Under the pieces are notes generated by a model. That model did no database searches and was not told the DNA's origin. It saw only the letters and a list, made by a program, of their open reading frames with translations. The translations under genes were made by a program, and so were the position numbers. A DNA stretch of 64,000 bases from Lytechinus pictus (lineage: Eukaryota): contig NC_087252.1 in NCBI RefSeq assembly GCF_037042905.1, forward strand, positions 2,668,001 through 2,732,000, given 5' to 3'. Each line of letters opens with the position of its first letter. The stretch's first letter is position 1. Positions 58,987 through 64,000 of this stretch are shown piece after piece.

Positions 58987-61900
58987 GATTCTTAAATATG
59001 AAGGCAAGAAACATACTAAGATATAGGCCTATGTAAAAAAGTATGTTATATAGTCTCTATCATAATCCTTTGTTTTCTTATGAAGATAAGGCCGTATATA
59101 TAACATCAAATTTGAACAGTTAGGACAAAACACGGGTCACTTAAGTGCCAGCTCAAGAATACAAAAAAGTGAGAACAAACTGTGCCCCCGACATAATCGC
59201 AAAACAAATGCAAAGCTTTCACTGCTGGAGTGACACTGTAACATAATTAGGCTCATTTTAATCCTGTGTCTTTTCAGTATAACTTCATACTAAAACTAAA
59301 AAGGGAGAGATAGGAAGCGCGCGCGTGTGTGTGTGGCAAATGACTAATCTCCAATTAATGCGTCATATTAGTAACAAAAGAAAGATGAATTGCTAATTTA
59401 ATATCAGACTTTGAAGAGCATGACATCTTGACTTCTCTTCCAGAAGATCATTCTTTCCCCTTAAGAAATGACAAATATGATGTGAAAATAGGCTATTGAA
59501 AATGTTGATCGTATCGTATACTATATAATGAATGGTGACCCATATTTCTTAAAAGCTGCTCTCTTCGGGTATTAGCGTTTCATTGTAATGACTCCTGTCA
59601 CTGATAAGGCAAGTATAACGTTTCAATCTCCGCCGATAAAGACAAACCACTTGAACATGTAACAATAGAGGTAAGGGCTGTCATTCACTGATAGTTCGTT
59701 TCCTCAGTCTCAAATGTATTAAAGCACTTGCTTTAGGATATGGAGCCAGCCTTTGAGCACAGCTACTTAATTCATATGTAAAGCATCAACAGTTGTAGTT
59801 CTGCCTCAACGGACTTTCATTATGCCTTTCTGGAACGTGTGACACGCGAATGGTAATAAGTATAGCAATTGACATAAAATGAGAATAGAATGACGGCACG
59901 GACCTTTAATGTTCCAAGAATTATCATGGTAAGAGACTTACGATGTGGTGAAACCGAATCACATGCGATCTCAAAGTGATTAACGAAACTGACGGGAAAT
60001 TGGCAAAATATTTATGAAAGACATAAATTGCAAGTTACGCGAATCATTCACCATGTTCACAGGTCATCAAAAACAAAATAAAAACAAAAACAAACAAAAA
60101 ACCCAAACAAAAGACATTCAATAGATTCAGAATATAGGGTTAGGGTGCGAAAACTTGGCAAAGCATTTTTCAAAGGAAGACAAACATTGTACGTTAACCG
60201 TTGGATTGAATCACATGTCATCAAAAGCAAGCAGTTACTTACATTTAAATAAAACTACATCAACAAAACATTAATGAGAAAATGACGTCATTATGATGGC
60301 GAGGGTTGAGGCAGCAACACACCTGGAGCCCTTTATAGAAAGGATTGCAATCACAGGCAACTATAACATCCAAACGGATATTGGGTGGTCCTTGCCCAAG
60401 AAAGATACATGGCGTACCGTCAAACCTACTACACTAAACAATCAAACGCAAATTGATTTCAACCAATCAACAGCACGCATATCTAAGACTTGCGCTTGAT
60501 ACTTTGACTTGCCTTTAAACGCAATTTGTTTTTCTACAACGGACACCGAGCCTTGAGATCTATAGTAGATATCAACTTACTAGACCCGTGGGGTTTCTTC
60601 GATCGGGGAAGGTTTCATTACGCATTCGGTCATTGGTTTAAGCGAAGGACTTCATTTGCCACCAATCAGTTGCGAGGATTTCACTAGCTTGTAACACTTG
60701 TCGGTGTTCATGAAAAGGACACACTTCTACCAGTTTAACATTTAGGCAGGTTCTTAAATAAACTGTTTGGCAACACCTATTAAAGCTACTCGGCCTGGGA
60801 ATATCTACAACATGGTCGTCACCAATATGGACACATATTATACCACTTGTTTCACTGTCTCTAGGGAGATCTGCGAGAGGATAAGACTGAAACAGTATAG
60901 TAAATACAACATGAAACGGTGAGAATAGCAACTTAAAAAGTGTTGATGCATTGAATACACTAAACGTAATGTTTTGCTGGATTCTGTAATCTGTATCCCA
61001 CATTCATCAAGCGGTGACGCCGACACACAGCGTAACTCAAGCGCATAGGTGTCGAGTTTATGAATAAAGCCATTACGATTTCAGAATGTTACCCCCATCA
61101 TGTACGTGATATTCTGGAGATGTTCTTCATCAGAAGTTAGTTACAGCAGTGAATGTTGATGGCGAATTTAACGAAGATCGATGACATCTTTTTAAATAGT
61201 AGAGGTACACAGAGAAGAAAAGCACAATGGGCATATATTTGTATATTGATATGTTCTTTTCACACTTATCAATTCATTTTAAAATCTATTTATTTTATTT
61301 ATTGTGTGGATGTTCAAGTATATTCTGAAAATAAAACAAGATTACCCTCGAGAGCCTGACCTAAGAGTTAGTATCATCTGTCCTAGATTTGCTTAGAACG
61401 AATTGGATGAATATGTATACTTGCATGACACAGAATTTCTTTCACTCAGAAGCCCTACTTATTGATCATTCAGTTGCAAAAGAAGAAGAACAGGCAACAG
61501 AATTACTAATCAATGTAACCTGAAACGGTCGATTCTGCATTATATCGTCTACTACCTATCACTTAGTGGCGAATTCTCCCCGAAGCGCATTGCCAAAAGT
61601 CGAAATGACAGACGAATTATGACATTAATTCGCAATGGTAATTCGATAGATAATTTTCACTAAATCTAGATTCTAGGGCAATAATTCGCGTAGTGACTGG
61701 GCCAATGTGTCCGCTAAATTTACTTTGGGCAAGAAGATTTATGGCGGCATTTCGCCCTCCATGATTAGGAGCGAACATACAGCACGTCAGCATTGACCGG
61801 AAACGTCACATAATAGAATTGGACTTGTTCTTCCGGCACCGTCTTCGTTTTAACAGGGGGTTGTGAGATTGTACATCTGAGCTAGAGAGAAACTTGTCCT

Positions 61901-62377
61901 CTATTGAATGACCATTACAATAGTAAATAGCAACCCCTCCCCAAAATGGACGATGGTTAGTTGCCAAAAAACGATTAGAAAATTCTCTTCTGACATGGAA
62001 AATACGAATAAATATAACATCAACTGAGGAGGGTGAAGGGGGGGGGGGGGGCATAAACTCGTTTGACATGAAAAAAGTATAGCGTCAACATAGACAAAGA
62101 GGGGCGATCTCAATGTGCCGGAGTGAGAGTTAATTTTTCTATACAGGATTTTTTCTTCCATTTTCTACTTTGATTACCACAAAGTATCTACATGTATTCT
62201 AGCTTGTTTGATCTCAAAGATATGTCGAAAGTATTATAATTCAAGACAATTGAATGCTAAAAGAAAGAATAAATTAATGGTACTAGTGGCCTTTTTATTA
62301 CACATTTTTTTGACTAATGATGGTTAGTAAAGGAATCACGGCAGTGGATACATATCTACAGTAAAACTAAGCGTTTA

Positions 62378-62514
62378 CACTCTAAAAAATGTTTGGAAAA
62401 AGTGTTCCATGAGGGTAATTATGTGTTCATCCATAACCTTACTGGACAATGGTTGGACACATGATTACCCTCGTGGTGATAAAAATTCTACCCAATATAT
62501 TTTTTTTTACAGTG
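62378..62514. mobile_element. Family B MITE, internally deleted
   Basis: CACTCTAAAAAA ... TTTTTTACAGTG; GAGGGTAATTATGTG / CACATGATTACCCTC. Confidence 0.75.
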
Positions 62515-63603
62515 AATAGATCGCCATGTGAATCTATCTACCAATATTAAAATCAAAGCGCATTAAATCTTCAACGACAGTAGACGTGGGTGAGAGGACA
62601 GGCGATGGTAATAAATCGTCCATCGACGTCTTCAGATCCTTCAGCGGAACTGGGATACTGCAAGCGGAAGAGTTCGCCTTGAGCATCACACACCTACGGC
62701 TTTAAAGGTATAAATCAATATTAATTTATCAACTTCAATTTCGCAACCATTGAGAACTGTAGGCAGTTGCGTTCACAGCCCTAATAAACTGATCATGGGT
62801 GAAACATCGAGAACATTGATAAGAATCGCAAAAAATGTCTAGGCATGAAACAGATCATGCTCCCATCCATAACACCATGTTAACACGAACACTACTAAAT
62901 AATACAACCTACCACACATGTTGGCAATAATGAAACACGGAGAATCACCTGGGAGTCATCCTAAATACCTCTATGGATTTCTCCTGGACGTTACCGAGGA
63001 TGGCATTGCCAGTTGCTCCCGAGTTAAAAGTGCGGCTTCGATGCACCATCTTGAAATTCGACTTGGGAGTTTTTAAGGTGATGGTCATTCACAGTAAAAT
63101 TACCCTGGCGTGGTTATTGGTACCTTCACCAAGTTACAGATGCCACTTCTAGGTTACAGTAGAACTAGCAGAGCGTCTCGCCAGTCGACACCTCTGGAAA
63201 TCTCGCCCCCAGAGTTACCAAGATGGTCATTCCATGGACATTCACAATCATATCAACATGATCGGGTTACAGGCTCGGTGAAGGAGTTACAATCCTAGCG
63301 TAATACAGAAGCATCTTGGAATTTTGCTCGGGAGCTTTTCGGATTTCCTACTCTAAACATGCTAAAAGCCACCTTCATGGAGTATCCGGGGTGCTCCGTA
63401 GGGTAGACGTAACATTTCTGTAGTCCCATAGGGTACAGAAGAACCATGTGGGAATATTGCTCGAGAGTTATCAGAATGGCCTTCCAAGGTAAAACCAAAA
63501 CCACTCTACTCCCAACTCCCTGGTAAAACTACCTTGATCATGTTGACAAAGTCACCATGGGTACAACCTACAATGAATTTCTACTTCAAACTCCCTGCAC
63601 ACA

Positions 63604-63680
63604 CAGCGGTGCTAAAAAGTTTAGTGAACCCCACCATAAATTGCACTCTTTCATGCTGAGTGTTGAACGGAGACAACAAA
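63604..63680 (+). mobile_element. Tc1-like left terminal fragment
   Basis: CAGCGGTGCTAAAAAGTTTAGTGAACCCC resembles Tc1-family termini (CAGT..AAAAGTT..GAACCC); abuts the L2 fragment. Confidence 0.45.
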
Positions 63681-63682
63681 TC

Positions 63683-64000
63683 ATTCTCAAATCTCTTCAC
63701 TGGTTACCTGTTGTACAGCGCATTACATTTAAAATCCTCCTACTTGTTTTCCATTCTATTCACAGAACTGCACCTCAATACAACTCTTCCTTGATTACTC
63801 CATACAATCCCTCTCGCAACCTTAGGTCTTCTAGTTTATTCTTACTCGCTGTACCACAATCTCACAATTCATGGGGGGATCGATCATTTCAACATGCTGG
63901 GCCTTTCCTATGGAATAAACTGCAAATAGAAATCCGCAATATTTCTTGTCTCACCACTTTCAAAAGTTATCTTAAAACCTGGTTATTCACGCAAGCTTAT
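63683..64000 (+). mobile_element. L2-clade LINE ORF2 C-terminal fragment (5'-truncated, runs off the window)
   Basis: Open frame ILKSLHWLPVVQRITFKILLLVF..APQY..YNPSRNLRSS..WGDRSFQHAGPFLWNKL..FKSYLKTWLFTQAY carries the characteristic L2 ORF2 terminal motifs. Confidence 0.92.

Noticed and set aside
60638..61003. 121-aa minus-strand ORF
   Set aside because: No motif, compositional signal or splice context supports coding.
62900..63600. Slightly GC-richer block with short ORFs, possibly a retroelement remnant
   Set aside because: No diagnostic motif could be recognised.

Overview
AT-rich, gene-poor eukaryotic DNA. The repeat repertoire and gene types point to a sea urchin or other marine deuterostome, which is an inference. 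Two convincing protein-coding genes lie in convergent orientation about 20 kb apart. Each has an intronless CDS directly after a 5'UTR splice acceptor. One is a RING/B-box/coiled-coil (TRIM-like) protein with a probable C-terminal beta-propeller (4020-5621, +). The other is an atypical rhodopsin-class GPCR (26196-27281, -). The rest is dominated by non-autonomous transposons whose ends and target-site duplications (TSDs) can often be read directly: TTAA/Kolobok-like, CACT-terminated, Tc1-like, hAT/P-like and Harbinger-like elements, a Helentron-associated-type element and a Deu-domain SINE. Decayed LINE, Gypsy and possibly Penelope coding remnants are also present. Structural highlights are a triple-nested transposon (15194-18102), a recent 2461-bp tandem duplication with a microhomology and templated-repeat junction that creates a composite hAT-like unit (52466-57630), arrays of GNA-triloop mini-hairpins, a perfect 65-bp palindrome, a DR1 nuclear-receptor motif array carried by a transposon, and an orphan E2F/CCAAT/TATA promoter-like cluster. 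I found no CRISPR array, rRNA, true tRNA or clearly new multi-gene system. Family assignments come from motif recognition by eye, without database searches.
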